From assembly GCA_032718475.1 (NCBI GenBank), contig JAUCBJ010008641.1, positions 1 to 64,000 on the forward strand: a stretch of DNA of 64,000 nucleotides, written 5' to 3'. This DNA is from Nemertoderma westbladi (lineage: Eukaryota > Animalia > Xenacoelomorpha). The notes beneath the pieces were generated by a model. The model worked only from the letters and a program-made list of their open reading frames with translations, searched no databases and was not told the DNA's origin. This document shows, one piece after another, positions 27,623 through 38,978 of this stretch. Each line of letters begins with the position of its first letter. The stretch's first letter is position 1. The position numbers and the translations under genes are program-made.

Positions 27623-28356
27623 ACCACCCCCACTCCCACCTCCAACTCCATTACTCCACCTCAACACCACAAAAATTGTATTAAATGTATTTTTTAAAAA
27701 TCAGCAACATTTAATGTAACAAAGGAGTTTATTCATACTTTTTTGTGTTATATACAGTAAAACACGAATGCCGAGCGCGAAGTTCCGTAAAGTTCCCACT
27801 GCAATGTAAAGTGATGCGATATTCCACTTACGATATTCCACTTACGATATTCCACTTACGTTAACTGCAAAATATAATGCACATAATTGTGTTATTGATG
27901 ATATTTCGGGCGAATGACTGATTTCATAGTAATTGTCGTGTTATACAGTATAATAGTTTATTTATTTAGTGTTATATAAATTATATAAATAATTAAAACA
28001 ACTGGAAACTGATTCGCCTGCTGTAGTTTTGTTGCTAGGGACTACGAAAAAATTGTGTTTCCCATGAAATTGGATATCGTTTATTGTTTCAACCGGAACT
28101 GGATATTACTCTTACCATTATTTGGTAATTATTACGTTGGAGAGGGACCACCATAGAGCCAACAAATCTAAAATCCCATTTAATCAAATTACAATTATTT
28201 TAAAAATAATTTCATCAGACAAATTTTATAGCAACATCCAAATAACCCAGATAAATAATGAGACTGTATTCATAGCAACCAGATAACATAACTAAATAAT
28301 AAATGTAATTCATAGTAGAATCAGTATAAAATCTGACAGTAAATAATCATAAATCG

Positions 28357-29694
28357 CTAGTTTATTGATATTCTTGATTCCCCATTAATATCTTTATTTC
28401 GACTTAAAGTGTTTTTTCTTCTGTCGTCGGATTTTGAAAATTGTGATCTAGAGAACTTAGTTCGCGATCTTTTTGTTTTCCAGCGGCACAACATAAGATC
28501 TTTAAGGCCTTTGCGAAACTGTGAAGAGAAACAGCAGTAAATAACCGGGTTGATGCCACTCGATAAATGAGCGAAACAAAATGAAGTCGAAAGAAACCAT
28601 TTGAATGCGTTCATGTTGGCTTTTTGTTTGTGGTATCCGTTACCCATTAGGTAGTTAAGGATACAACGCGGTAACCAAAACACGATAAAACAAACCAGAA
28701 CCACAATTAGCATGAATACTACACGTTGGCGTCTCCGCACAGAAACCAATTCAGTTTTACTTCCATCAACAACAGACTTTTTACTCTTCTTGAATTCGGA
28801 AAATGTTAAAGTCAGCCGCTTTTTACTAAATCTTTTTTGATTTTTATCGCATTCTTGTCCGTCTGTGTTTGTGTCTCCTTTTCGAGTCGACTTAGCCACC
28901 AGCGGCTCTACCGATGGAGTTTCGTTAGCCCTATAAACTATTTTTGGGTTTTTAATTTGAGACTTTCTTTTCACTTGCGACATCAAATTTCTGTTAGACT
29001 TCAATAAAGTTTGGCAAATCCTAATATAAAGAACGGACATTATAATAGCTGGTACAATAAAGCTAAACCCGCTCTCAAAGATAATGATATATAATGGTTC
29101 TATATGTTTAAGCATCGTACAAGTGGTTATACTTTCGCCATATAGAGCTACGACTTTAGGTGAATCTGCAACTTTAGTGTGGAAGAAATACAAGTACATT
29201 GAATTTAGTGAAAAGGAAAACAGCCACACTACCACGGCAACTGCGACGAGACGAGACCATACAATTAACCTTTTTGATAAAAACGGTTTAACAATAGCGA
29301 TGTAACGTTCTATGCAAATACAAACCATGAACAGAATAGATGCGCTGAAATTCATATGGTAAATAAAGTTAAAGAGTCTGCACAAGAAGTCGCCGAGTTG
29401 CCACTGCAGGAATCTTTCTTTGAAGTATAACATTTGAGGAAGAACGTGAAGAACACCGATGAAAAGGTCGGAAACGCATAAGTTTGCCAAAAAGAAGTTT
29501 GTTGGATTCTGCATCTCTTTGTTTGTAGCGATCACTAGCAACATCATGGTGTTACCGACAACTATAAGTGAGCACACCAGTGGGTAGGCAATGTTAATGA
29601 AAGGTAGTTGGTTCTGCATTACATACGGGTGGACTTGACGAGGATTTGTAACAGTAGAGTTGATATATGTTACACTAGAGTTGATATAATCCAT
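28357..29694 (-). CDS. Intronless class A neuropeptide-type GPCR, paralog of 1772-2992; trissin-receptor-like by remembered similarity
   Basis: First ATG is at 29694 (the ORF track starts at an upstream TTG). Motifs: TNFFLANLCVSDL, WQLGDFLCR, ASILFMVCICIERYIAIVKP, FWLP, NPVIY and FRKGL, with a long basic ICL3. Confidence 0.94.
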   Translation of the reverse strand: MDYINSSVTYINSTVTNPRQVHPYVMQNQLPFINIAYPLVCSLIVVGNTMMLLVIATNKEMQNPTNFFLANLCVSDLFIGVLHVLPQMLYFKERFLQWQLGDFLCRLFNFIYHMNFSASILFMVCICIERYIAIVKPFLSKRLIVWSRLVAVAVVVWLFSFSLNSMYLYFFHTKVADSPKVVALYGESITTCTMLKHIEPLYIIIFESGFSFIVPAIIMSVLYIRICQTLLKSNRNLMSQVKRKSQIKNPKIVYRANETPSVEPLVAKSTRKGDTNTDGQECDKNQKRFSKKRLTLTFSEFKKSKKSVVDGSKTELVSVRRRQRVVFMLIVVLVCFIVFWLPRCILNYLMGNGYHKQKANMNAFKWFLSTSFCFAHLSSGINPVIYCCFSSQFRKGLKDLMLCRWKTKRSRTKFSRSQFSKSDDRRKNTLSRNKDINGESRISIN

Positions 29695-29789
29695 AATTTT
29701 CAATATAATTTTACTATTGATAATCGTATATTATTATAATACAGTATCAGATCATATAGAACGCAGTGGGTTTACCAACAACATGGCAG

Positions 29790-30660
29790 TACTACTACTA
29801 CTACTACTAGGATCGGCATGCTGCATTGCAGCTGCATTTTTAAGAATGCTGTGCCGGCTTGTCAACAAAATTGCACCGCCACAACTCCCTATCACCCATG
29901 ACATTTGCTAGATCATCCGCATCTTTAAGGCCAGTGTCCTTTAAGATGCGTCTCAAGAAAGTCATGGGCTGTCCACCATGCTTATTCACTCCATGAGGCT
30001 GCCAAAGTACAAGATTATGCACTGGCTGGTCCTCACAGCGAAAGCAATGTCCTGCAAAGCGGAGGCGATTTTGTTCTAGTGTCAAGCTTGGGGGAACCAA
30101 TGAGACACCTCCAATGTTATATAGTGTCTGGTTGGAGATGTGTGCATTGTACTTGACACAATGAACCCGGCGTAGCATTCTTGTGAATGTGCCATCCAGA
30201 GATTTGGTGTCATCAGCAGTTAGAGCCCAGCATGGACTCCCGTAGAGGAGTACTGGAACTACTGCTGCTCTAAATAATCGGACCTTAAGTTTCCGATTAA
30301 TTCTCGGTGACTTCCAAATCCTGGAAAGCCTATTCAAGGCTGCCCATGCCTTTCCCTTACGTATTCGAAGGTCCTCACCTGACTTCCTGATCCATGATCC
30401 CAGGTAACAGAAGTCGTCCACATGCTCAAGCATACCATCCTTTGAGCTTATGCTCATCCGATCAGAGACTTGCTGAGGACTTTCAAAGTTAACTGTCAGA
30501 ATTTTGGTCTTTCTGGAGTTAATAAAAAGACCAACACTAGAAGCAGCATGTTCTAATGAGCTGAGGAGCCGTTGGGCTCCCTCTAATGATTCTGAGAGTA
30601 CTCCTAAGTCATCAGCAAAGTCTAGATCAGTTAGGTACTTGGCAGGATTTCCTCGACTGG
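29790..30660 (-). mobile_element. RTE family A, 5'-truncated, best-preserved copy with (TAG)n tail
   Basis: Open frame LTDLDFADDLG...FCYLGSWI...LLYGSPCW...RLRFAGHCFR to the stop at 29840. The (cta)n run at 29790-29810 is the 3' tail. Confidence 0.95.
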
Positions 30661-31464
30661 ACTGTAAAGTCCATGATGGACAAAAACGCCAGAAACATAC
30701 TGTCAGTCTACTGTACCGGCCTATCAAATATTTGGAAAATTATTTGTTGTTAATAAATTATCTGATAAAAAAATAAGTTATCCCCCAAAAAATGAGCCAT
30801 TTACATTTTTGAATTCCATAATCATTAATAACTCTTTGTTAAATTTAGATTTATTGGAAAGAAACACTTTTTGGCATTATTCCTGAGACATTTTTGGCCA
30901 CCGCGAATTTGTTATTACTTTATAATTAATCAGGTAGTGGGTCAATATGTCTGAGCACTTGAGACACCAGACAAAGACAAAGGGGGTGGGGATGATTGAC
31001 GCAAATTACAGTAATAACAAACTACGAGACAAAAATCCCAAAAATCCAGATCAATACAATCACAGTTGATCGCGTCCACCTCAGTTGATTAGTTTGCCAA
31101 AAATAAATAAATTAGATGAGCCAAAAGACAGTTTTTACTCTTAATAGGCTGATATTTGTGTCGAAATTACCAATTACGACATTACCATTGTACCGCCCAG
31201 AGAAGTGCTTCATGCGCAGATCTCGATAACCATCACACACCAGCAAAAAATGATATTCAGCCTATATCATTTTTATTACAAACCGGGCACATTCTCGATT
31301 CTCTGGGTATTTTATAGCACCGGCCGCTCTCGATCAGAAGTGCATGTGACGAACACCTGAACCTGGAAATCAACCTACTAAGACCTGCGTGACCTCTCAA
31401 CATAGATAGGTTATTATCCAAACTGAAATCCTTCTTGCTATTGAGCCTAAAAAGCTTAAAAGAC

Positions 31465-31612
31465 TCGAAGATGCGGATGATCTAGCAAATGTCATGGGTG
31501 ATAAGAAGTTATGGCGGCGAAATTTTGTCGACAACCCGCAGTGCAATCTTAATATATATGTAATATATATATAATGCAGCTGCACAATGAAGCATGCCGA
31601 AAGTTGTAGTAT
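31465..31612 (+). mobile_element. RTE family A extreme 3' fragment
   Basis: gaagatgcggatgatctagcaaatgtcatgggtgata... matches 26013-26158. Confidence 0.8.
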
Positions 31613-32546
31613 TAGCTTTTGCTTTGTATTATATAATATAGGGATATAATATATAATAATAATTTCGTTTTAATTTTGTTGTTGGAAAGAAAAACAATAG
31701 GATAAATACAGTAACAACATTATTTTAAATAATAATAATGTACCTAATCAATAATAAATACGATGACAGAGTCGAATGTCTCACTCTATCTGGCATCCAA
31801 TATAAAACAAACAAATTATTTATTTAATATTATCGATACAAGAAAATCAAAGTACAGTACAGTACAGTACAGTACAGTACCATTATTGTATTATATTGGA
31901 ATTAGGCTACTTGTAGAGATAGTAAAACTGGAGCTTAAAGGCTTTAGTTTACCGTAAGACGAACTACTGACTGTATTTTTAGTGATAGGCGTATAGTATA
32001 ACAATTGTAGGGGCCTACTGTAGTATAATATTGGTACTAGGCCTACAGTATAGACCTATATATTGTGTACAGAACATATTGTTCAGTCATAGAAAGAAGC
32101 TATGTTATTGATTAGCAGCTACATAACACACATTCCTATTGAATTTCATCTGTCAGTAACATAATAAAAGAGTACTTTAATCAATAAACTAGGCCTAATA
32201 ACCACGTTTATTAATTATTAGCCCACCCATCCATTCAACAACACGCCACTGAACTTCATCTAGTCCTACTGTTATGCTGTACTGTATGTAGGCTATATTA
32301 ACATTTAAAACACAGACATGAAATTATGGAAAGTAGTTTAATTCCTTTGTTGTTGTTCACATGTAGTCCTATACAGAATGTATCTAGTTATCGACCATTT
32401 CTTGAAAGTATTTCAACTTCAACAGTTGAAAAAACCTAGACCAACAACACCGGAATAAGTGCAGGATTACATTAACTAAACTAAGTTTTTGAAAGGACGT
32501 AGGGCTTAAGGGGTCTTAACACCACGAGTTAAAATAAATAGAGTTT

Positions 32547-32584
32547 GCCGACAGCCGTTTCACCCTCACGGGCTTCTTCAGGGC
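32547..32584 (-). ncRNA. Minimal type I hammerhead ribozyme (Penelope-like element pLTR type)
   Basis: Minus strand reads GCC-CUGAAGA-A-GCCC-GUGA-GGGU-GAAA-CGGCU-GUC-GGC. It has the CUGANGA and GAAA cores, a GNRA-capped stem II, a short quasi-palindromic stem III, a GUC cleavage triplet and a GCC/GGC stem I. Confidence 0.8.
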
Positions 32585-33289
32585 TAATATATAAAATATT
32601 AAAGCAATACAATTATTTTAAAAAAGATACATACCAATTTAGAACCTACGGAATTGAGGATGGCACTTAATAGTAAAGTATTAATACAGAAATCGAACGA
32701 AGTAAGTAGTGACAGGCAGGTCTGAAATTTAAAATTAAATACTAATTTAAAATCTTGAAAAGCAATTAAAACTTTCAAACGGGTGGTGAATGCAGTAGGT
32801 AGACTGTTTTCAAACGGGTGGTGAATGCAGTAGGTAGACTGTCGGAATATTAAGAGACGGTAAGATAACGTAATGCAAATGCACGTGTAGGATAGGCACT
32901 ACTGAAGTGCTGTAATTAGGCCTCATAGTAATTAATGCGCAACTACACATAACAGCAGCACTATGACCGCGGTACAACTGTAGTACGTCCGCAGTACAGC
33001 AGTAATATGACTGCCGGTACGCCTGTGGTACCCAATGAATGACAAAAATACAAATACACATACTGTAGGACAGGTACTGTAACTAGGCCGTACAATAAGG
33101 TTAGTGGGGCACCAATACAGTACATTCTGTATAACGTCATAAGGCAGACACAAAATGGTTCGTACTGAATCGTGCAATAAACATAAACTGGTGGTTTAAT
33201 ATGCACATACAGTACTTTCAATGTACTAATGTACTGTATGACAAAAATGTAGCGAGGTAGTTGAATTTGGACCAAAAAGAAAAAAAAAT

Positions 33290-34105
33290 AAGTGACTGTA
33301 AAATTAAAGCAATGTAACGGGGAGTTCAATATGCACGGGGTGGTTCCAAAAAAACAATGTAACGGGGTGGTTCAATGTGCACCTAAATGTGACTGTAAAA
33401 TAAAAACAATTTAACGGGGTAGTTCAAAAATAAGTAGGTGACTGTAAAATAAAAACAATTTAACGGGATAGTTCAAAAATAAGTAGGTGACTGTAAAATA
33501 AAAACAATTTAACGGGGTAGTTCAAAAATAAGTAGGTGACTGTAAAATAAAAACAATTTCACGGGGTAGTTCAAAAATAAGTAGGTGACTGTAAAATAAA
33601 AACAATTTAACGGGGTAGTTCAAAAATAAGTAGGTGACTGTAAAATAAAAACAATTTAACGGGGTAGTTCAAAAATAAGTAGGTGACTGTAAAATAAAAA
33701 CAATTTAACGGGGTAGTTCAAAAATAAGTAGGTGACTGTAAAATAAAAACAATTTCACGGGGTAGTTCAAAAATAAGTAGGTGACTGTAAAATAAAAACA
33801 ATTTCACGGGGTAGTTCAAAAATAAGTAGGTGACTGTAAAATAAAAACAATTTCACGGGGTAGTTCAAAAATAAGTAGGTGACTGTAAAATAAAAACAAT
33901 TTCACGGGGTAGTTCAATATGCAACTAAAATAAGTAAGTGACTGTAAAATAAAAACAATTTCACGGGGTAGTTCAATATGCAACTAAAATAAGTAAGTGA
34001 CCGTAAAATAAAAACAATTTAACGGGGTAGTTCAATATGCAACTAAAATAAGTAAGTGACCGTAAAATAAAAACAATTTAACGGGGTAGTTCAATATGCA
34101 ACTAA
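33290..34105. repeat. Minisatellite, 49-bp unit (60-bp variant at right end), about 15 copies
   Basis: gactgtaaaataaaaacaatttaacggggtagttcaaaaataagtaggt at 33391, 33440 and onward. The last copies carry an extra tatgcaacta segment. Confidence 0.95.
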
Positions 34106-35565
34106 TAAAACTTGGATATATGTATTTTGAATTAAATAAGTGAAATAAATTTGAAAGATGTGAACGAAGGGTCGTGGAATTAAGTCTGTGGACGCTGCTT
34201 GTTCAAAGGAGGGTTGTACAAGTGTATGTAGAGCGCTTCAGCACTGAGACGGTCCCAATCGCGCCTGTACTGCTTGAAGGCTGTGACAGTGTACTGTGGG
34301 CATTGCGCAAAGTGTTCAAGTAGATGGTCTTCCTGGCCAGTGCTAGGAGCGCCCTGGCGGTGCTGTCGCACATTAACTAAACTACCCAAACTCACACATA
34401 AAAGTTAAAATTAAACAGTAGTACAGTTGTAGGCCTACAGTACTGTAATAGTGAAGCACAATAATACAGTTAGTTTATTAACCTACTGTACCAAATGAAA
34501 CATCACAACACACTGTAGTCAGTGAATATTTTTGATAGTTTGGTTGGTTCATTCATAGGTATCGTTACTTACATCTTCTGTTATCTTAGTGTTCTTTCCT
34601 ATTCTTATGTTTACACACACTGATAAGACACACTTATCATGGCATCCTACAGTATAATACTGTCTGTATAATACCGAGAGTTCTACAGCGTCTCAAGTAT
34701 ACTGAAATACTTAAGACGCTGCTGTAGACCTCTCTACCCACTTGCTCTTCGTCGAAACCTACTGTAGTACAGTAATCCCATTTCTGAATGCGGCTAGAGT
34801 GGAGCAGAGTCCCCTGTATTGTACTGAACAAGAACAGTATACAAACAATTACCTAAATACAATACTAATTTTATACCAGACAGTTATACAGTATCTGTTA
34901 CCATTAATTAACTAAGTGGAACATTAGCATGGGTTGAGATAAGGTCATACAGTAGGCCTACTCAACTCGTATGTTACTGAAATCCACCGGCGGAATTAAT
35001 ATATATATGTGGACAAACATTACATATTTCCCCATCCCTACTGTACATTACGTGAAAAATACCAGGATTTAACTTTTGGTCGAAATTTTATTGAATTTTA
35101 ACGAACCTGCCTATTAATAGGCCAGGGTAGATTTTGGCAAGAGTTGAGCCGTTCAAAAACACGATGTGGTTGTGTGTGTGTATATGTATATATATGTGTA
35201 TAACCATCCAATATCTCAGAAACCCAATCAGGTACGCAAAAATTTTAATAACAAACTCTCCATAAATTTTGGTTGCGCACAAGACTGTATATTTTTTGTG
35301 GCGTTTCGATCACGGGGTCACTGAAAAATAGCGGTTTTGAAAATTTAAAGTCGAATTTCAACGATTTCAACTCGTCGAGTAGGCACCAACTTTTTTATTT
35401 GAGATATTCAGTCATCTGAGCAACATACAGTATTTGAGCCTCAGAATCTTTTCAAATATCGCCAATCTCGCACAGAACGTCGCCAAAATTTGTTAGTCCG
35501 GCAAAAAAAAACGCACAAATTCGTCTAAAAGAGTAAATTATTTAGTTGCGGAATAATATGATTCA

Positions 35566-36020
35566 ACTAGAAAAGCCAGCCAGCTGGCTGAAAGGAGACC
35601 GTCCATATACATAGACAAACGTAGTGTACTGTAGTTGGGTCCCTCATCATTCATTATCATCAACTCCCTCCCACCTAACATAGCAGTGAGTAACCTTATA
35701 GATTATTATCATAGGATTCACTGGAAAGAGCTATTCATCTGGTGGGGTAATACATTATACAAACTTACCTTTGATGTTTGATTACTGTCTGGGCTAGAGT
35801 GATATAGTAATAAATTTGGCAAGTAATATACTTCTCTGCAGTTTGGGCTATCCATTCAATAAATAGTAGTAGCTTACTAGGCCCACATGAGTACCAGCAG
35901 CTGGTGTTTCTATCGTTGAGTTGATGGCAATTATCGTGTTTTCATTTTCGCTCACTCAGGGTACTGCGGTACTGGTTTGAGGGGCAGGTTCGTTTAAAGC
36001 CAGCTTGCTGGCTTTCTAGT
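35566..36020. mobile_element. Small element bounded by ~24-bp inverted repeats
   Basis: actagaaaagccagccagctggct matches the reverse complement of agccagcttgctggctttctagt. Confidence 0.55.
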
Positions 36021-36321
36021 ATATATGAATAATTTATATATTTTTTTAAATTTATCTTAATTAGGTGTTTCATAGCGCTTAATTATATCTTATAAACCTG
36101 TACAGATAGTAAAATAGGTTTAATGTTTTGGTTAAATTCAACCCTACAGTACTGTTACCTGGATACTTAGTAAAAACCTGGTATTCTTAACCTGGGTTAA
36201 ACTGCAAAGTGAAATATAACAGCAGAACGTCTGTTATACGGCCCGCATTACTGTCGAGAACTCAAATCAAATTACGATGTTCAACATTAATAATAGGCAA
36301 TTTAAGCGAAAATGTTTTCAA

Positions 36322-36510
36322 TAGTAAGGCCTACACTGTATTAACCATAAATTAACCGGTCTATCAATAGTACAGTAGGGCTTACACTGTATTAACCATA
36401 AATTAACCGGTCTATCAATAGTAGGGCCTACACTGTATTAACCATAAATTAACCGGTCTATCAGTAGTAGGGCTTACACTGTATTAACCATAAATTAACC
36501 GTTCTATCTG
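36322..36510. repeat. Short tandem array, 46-bp unit, 4 copies
   Basis: cactgtattaaccataaattaaccggtctatcaatagtagggccta repeated four times. Confidence 0.9.
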
Positions 36511-36511
36511 T

Positions 36512-36625
36512 AATCGGCATGCTGCATTGGGAATGCTTAGCCTGCTTTATCGACAAAAAAATTGTGCCAACACTACCGCCCTATCACCCCATGACTATCG
36601 CATTCTTAAGGTTGTGTCCAAGCCT
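36512..36625 (-). mobile_element. Diverged RTE family A 3' end
   Basis: atcggcatgctgcattg...gaatgc...cgacaaaa...ccctatcaccccatgac matches 29811-29902. Confidence 0.7.
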
Positions 36626-37809
36626 TATACTACTCCGGTAACTGTTATTAAAATTTGTCTATATTGTGACAATATTAAGGTCGCCAAGCGCACTATTTAT
36701 GAAATTCTGGCGTCACCTATCCCAGAAGCAATCCGTAAACCAACTAATAAATAACTAATTTCTTTCACTTTCGCCACCAAGTACAGCACGTTATCCCCTA
36801 GCAACGTCTTTAATTTTTCTCTAGGAATTGAATGATCCTTTTCTCCAAACTCTCTTCATCGATTATCTTATATTTTTATCAGATTATTATTTCGAGTCAT
36901 CGATATCCCACCTGGGGGTTGAACCGGCGCTATACTATAAACAGACATGTTTAGGCCTATAAGGCCTCAGCAGTAGCGTTAGCGTTAACCAGTGCCGCCA
37001 CTTTCCCACTGCCCACTTATATTGAACAGGCAGTCTTCAGTTGCATATCCTATCTCTACTCTAACAGATACGGTAGTAACAGATAATTACAATAAATAAA
37101 CTAACAAAATAATAAACTTACAATAAATTACAATTAAAGTACAACAACAATACCAATAATAAAGCACCATCCAATTCATATGCCTATATTACCGCAATGG
37201 CTACCCCACTTGCCGCACTAACCTATCAAACCCAAACCGTCAATCATGAGTCATCATGTTCGATGAACCACCTGTTTCCTGAAGTCGGATTGAGGGGGGG
37301 GGGGGGGGGGGGGGAACTTCCCACTCGCCGAATTAATTAATATCTAGTCTCAGCGAATCATCCTTATTTATGGCAGTGATTTTTTATGTCCTTTTATTTG
37401 ACTTTTTTGTCCTCCTTTTTTTACGAATTGTGCATAATGACTTTTGTTGTCCCTTTAATGACTTTTGTTGTCCTTTTAATGACTTTTTATATATGTATTT
37501 CTTCAAACTGTCAGACAGCTGATTTCTGGACTGTCAGACAGTTGATTGCCTATGCCTATGCCTGTACATGCCTATGTATGTACATGCCTATGCCTGTATA
37601 TGCCAAAACATTCAAAATTTGTTGATTTCTGGTCTGTCGGACAGTTGGTTTCACTATACCTGTGCCAAAACATTCAAAATTCCATGATTTATAGACTACT
37701 GTATGAGCTAGATTTCTATATGCGCCTGTGGTAAAAGAATCTAAATTTAATAGTTTGTGGTTGTTGTCGATAATCGATTACCATTATGACGTAGCAAAAC
37801 ACTCATTTT

Positions 37810-38735
37810 ATAGCCAAAAAACAATTACCAATTGATGGAAAGGAGCAGGTTAAGGCCGGATTTTCTAACCAAAACAATAAACAGTCACTTTACCAAATGA
37901 AGGAAAGGAGCGGGTTACAGAGGCTAGCCTTTCTAACCAAAACAATAAACGGTCACTTTACCAAATCAGGGAAAGGAGCGTTATAGAGGCGGGATTTTCT
38001 AACCAAAACAATAAACAATCACTTTAGCAAATGAAGGAAAGGAGCAGGTTACATAAATGGTCTTTTCTAACCAAAATAATAAACGATAACATTACCAATT
38101 GAGGGAAAGGAGCAGGTTAAAGAGGCGGGTTTTTCTAACCAAAACAATAAACGATCACTTTACCAAATCAGGGAAAGGAGCAGGTTACAGAGGCGGGATT
38201 TTCTAACCAAAACATTAAACGATCATTTAACTAATTGAGGGAAAGGGGCGGGTTACAGAGGCGGGATTTTCTAACCAAAACAATAAACAATCACTTTACC
38301 AAATGATGGAAAGGAGCAGGTTACATAGATGGTCTTTACTAACCAAAACAATAAACGATAACATTACCAATTGAGAGAAAGAAGCAGGTTACAGAGGCGG
38401 GATTTTCTAACCAAAACAATAAACGATCACTTAACTAATTGAGGGAAAGGAGCAGGTTACAGAGGCGGGATTTTCTAACCAAAACAATAAACGATCATTT
38501 AACTAATTGAGGGAAAGGGCCAGGTTACAGAGGCGGGATTTTCTAACCAAAACAATAAACAGTCACTTTACCAAATAAAGGAAAGGAGCAGGTTACAGAG
38601 GCGGGATTTTCTAACCAAAACAATAAACGATCACTTAACTAATTGTGGGAAAGGAGGGGGTTACAGAGGCGGGATTTTCTAACCAAATCAATAAACAGTC
38701 ACTTTATCAAATGAAGGAAAGGAGCAGGCTACAGA
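37810..38735. repeat. Tandem array, 68-bp unit, about 13 copies
   Basis: ctaaccaaaacaataaacgatcactttaccaaatgagggaaaggagcaggttacagaggcgggatttt at 37865, 37933, 37999, 38067 and onward. Dispersed copies at about 17517-17610 and, inverted, at about 45486-45515. Confidence 0.93.
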
Positions 38736-38978
38736 TCAAAAAAACTATCAAAAAAAGGACAAAAAAAGGATTTAAACGGTCAAGAAAAATTATTGCGCTT
38801 ATTTATTATCAATTAATTAATCAAGGGAACGTATTACAGTGGCATGTTATTCTAACGTAAACAATAAAAGAAATTCAATAGTTACAGTTTCATTATTGCT
38901 TCAGTTTCACATCAGAATAATGGAGAGGCGAGAGAGTTGACTTTTGATTACTCTTAAAATAGACTTCTTATATTAATG

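Larger units (their letters stand above)
32480..34385 (-). mobile_element. 3' remnant of a Penelope-like retroelement (GIY-YIG C-terminus, repeat-containing 3' region, hammerhead)
   Basis: 34180-34385 encodes VRQHR...EHFAQC...RLSAEALYIHLYNPPLNKQ, the R.xH ... E..I....P.LN tail of PLE GIY-YIG endonucleases. A hammerhead lies downstream on the same strand. Boundaries are approximate. Confidence 0.65.

Noticed and set aside
36899-37001. tRNA gene
   Set aside because: Only A- and B-box-like motifs are present, with over-long spacing and no convincing cloverleaf. Kept only as a SINE candidate.
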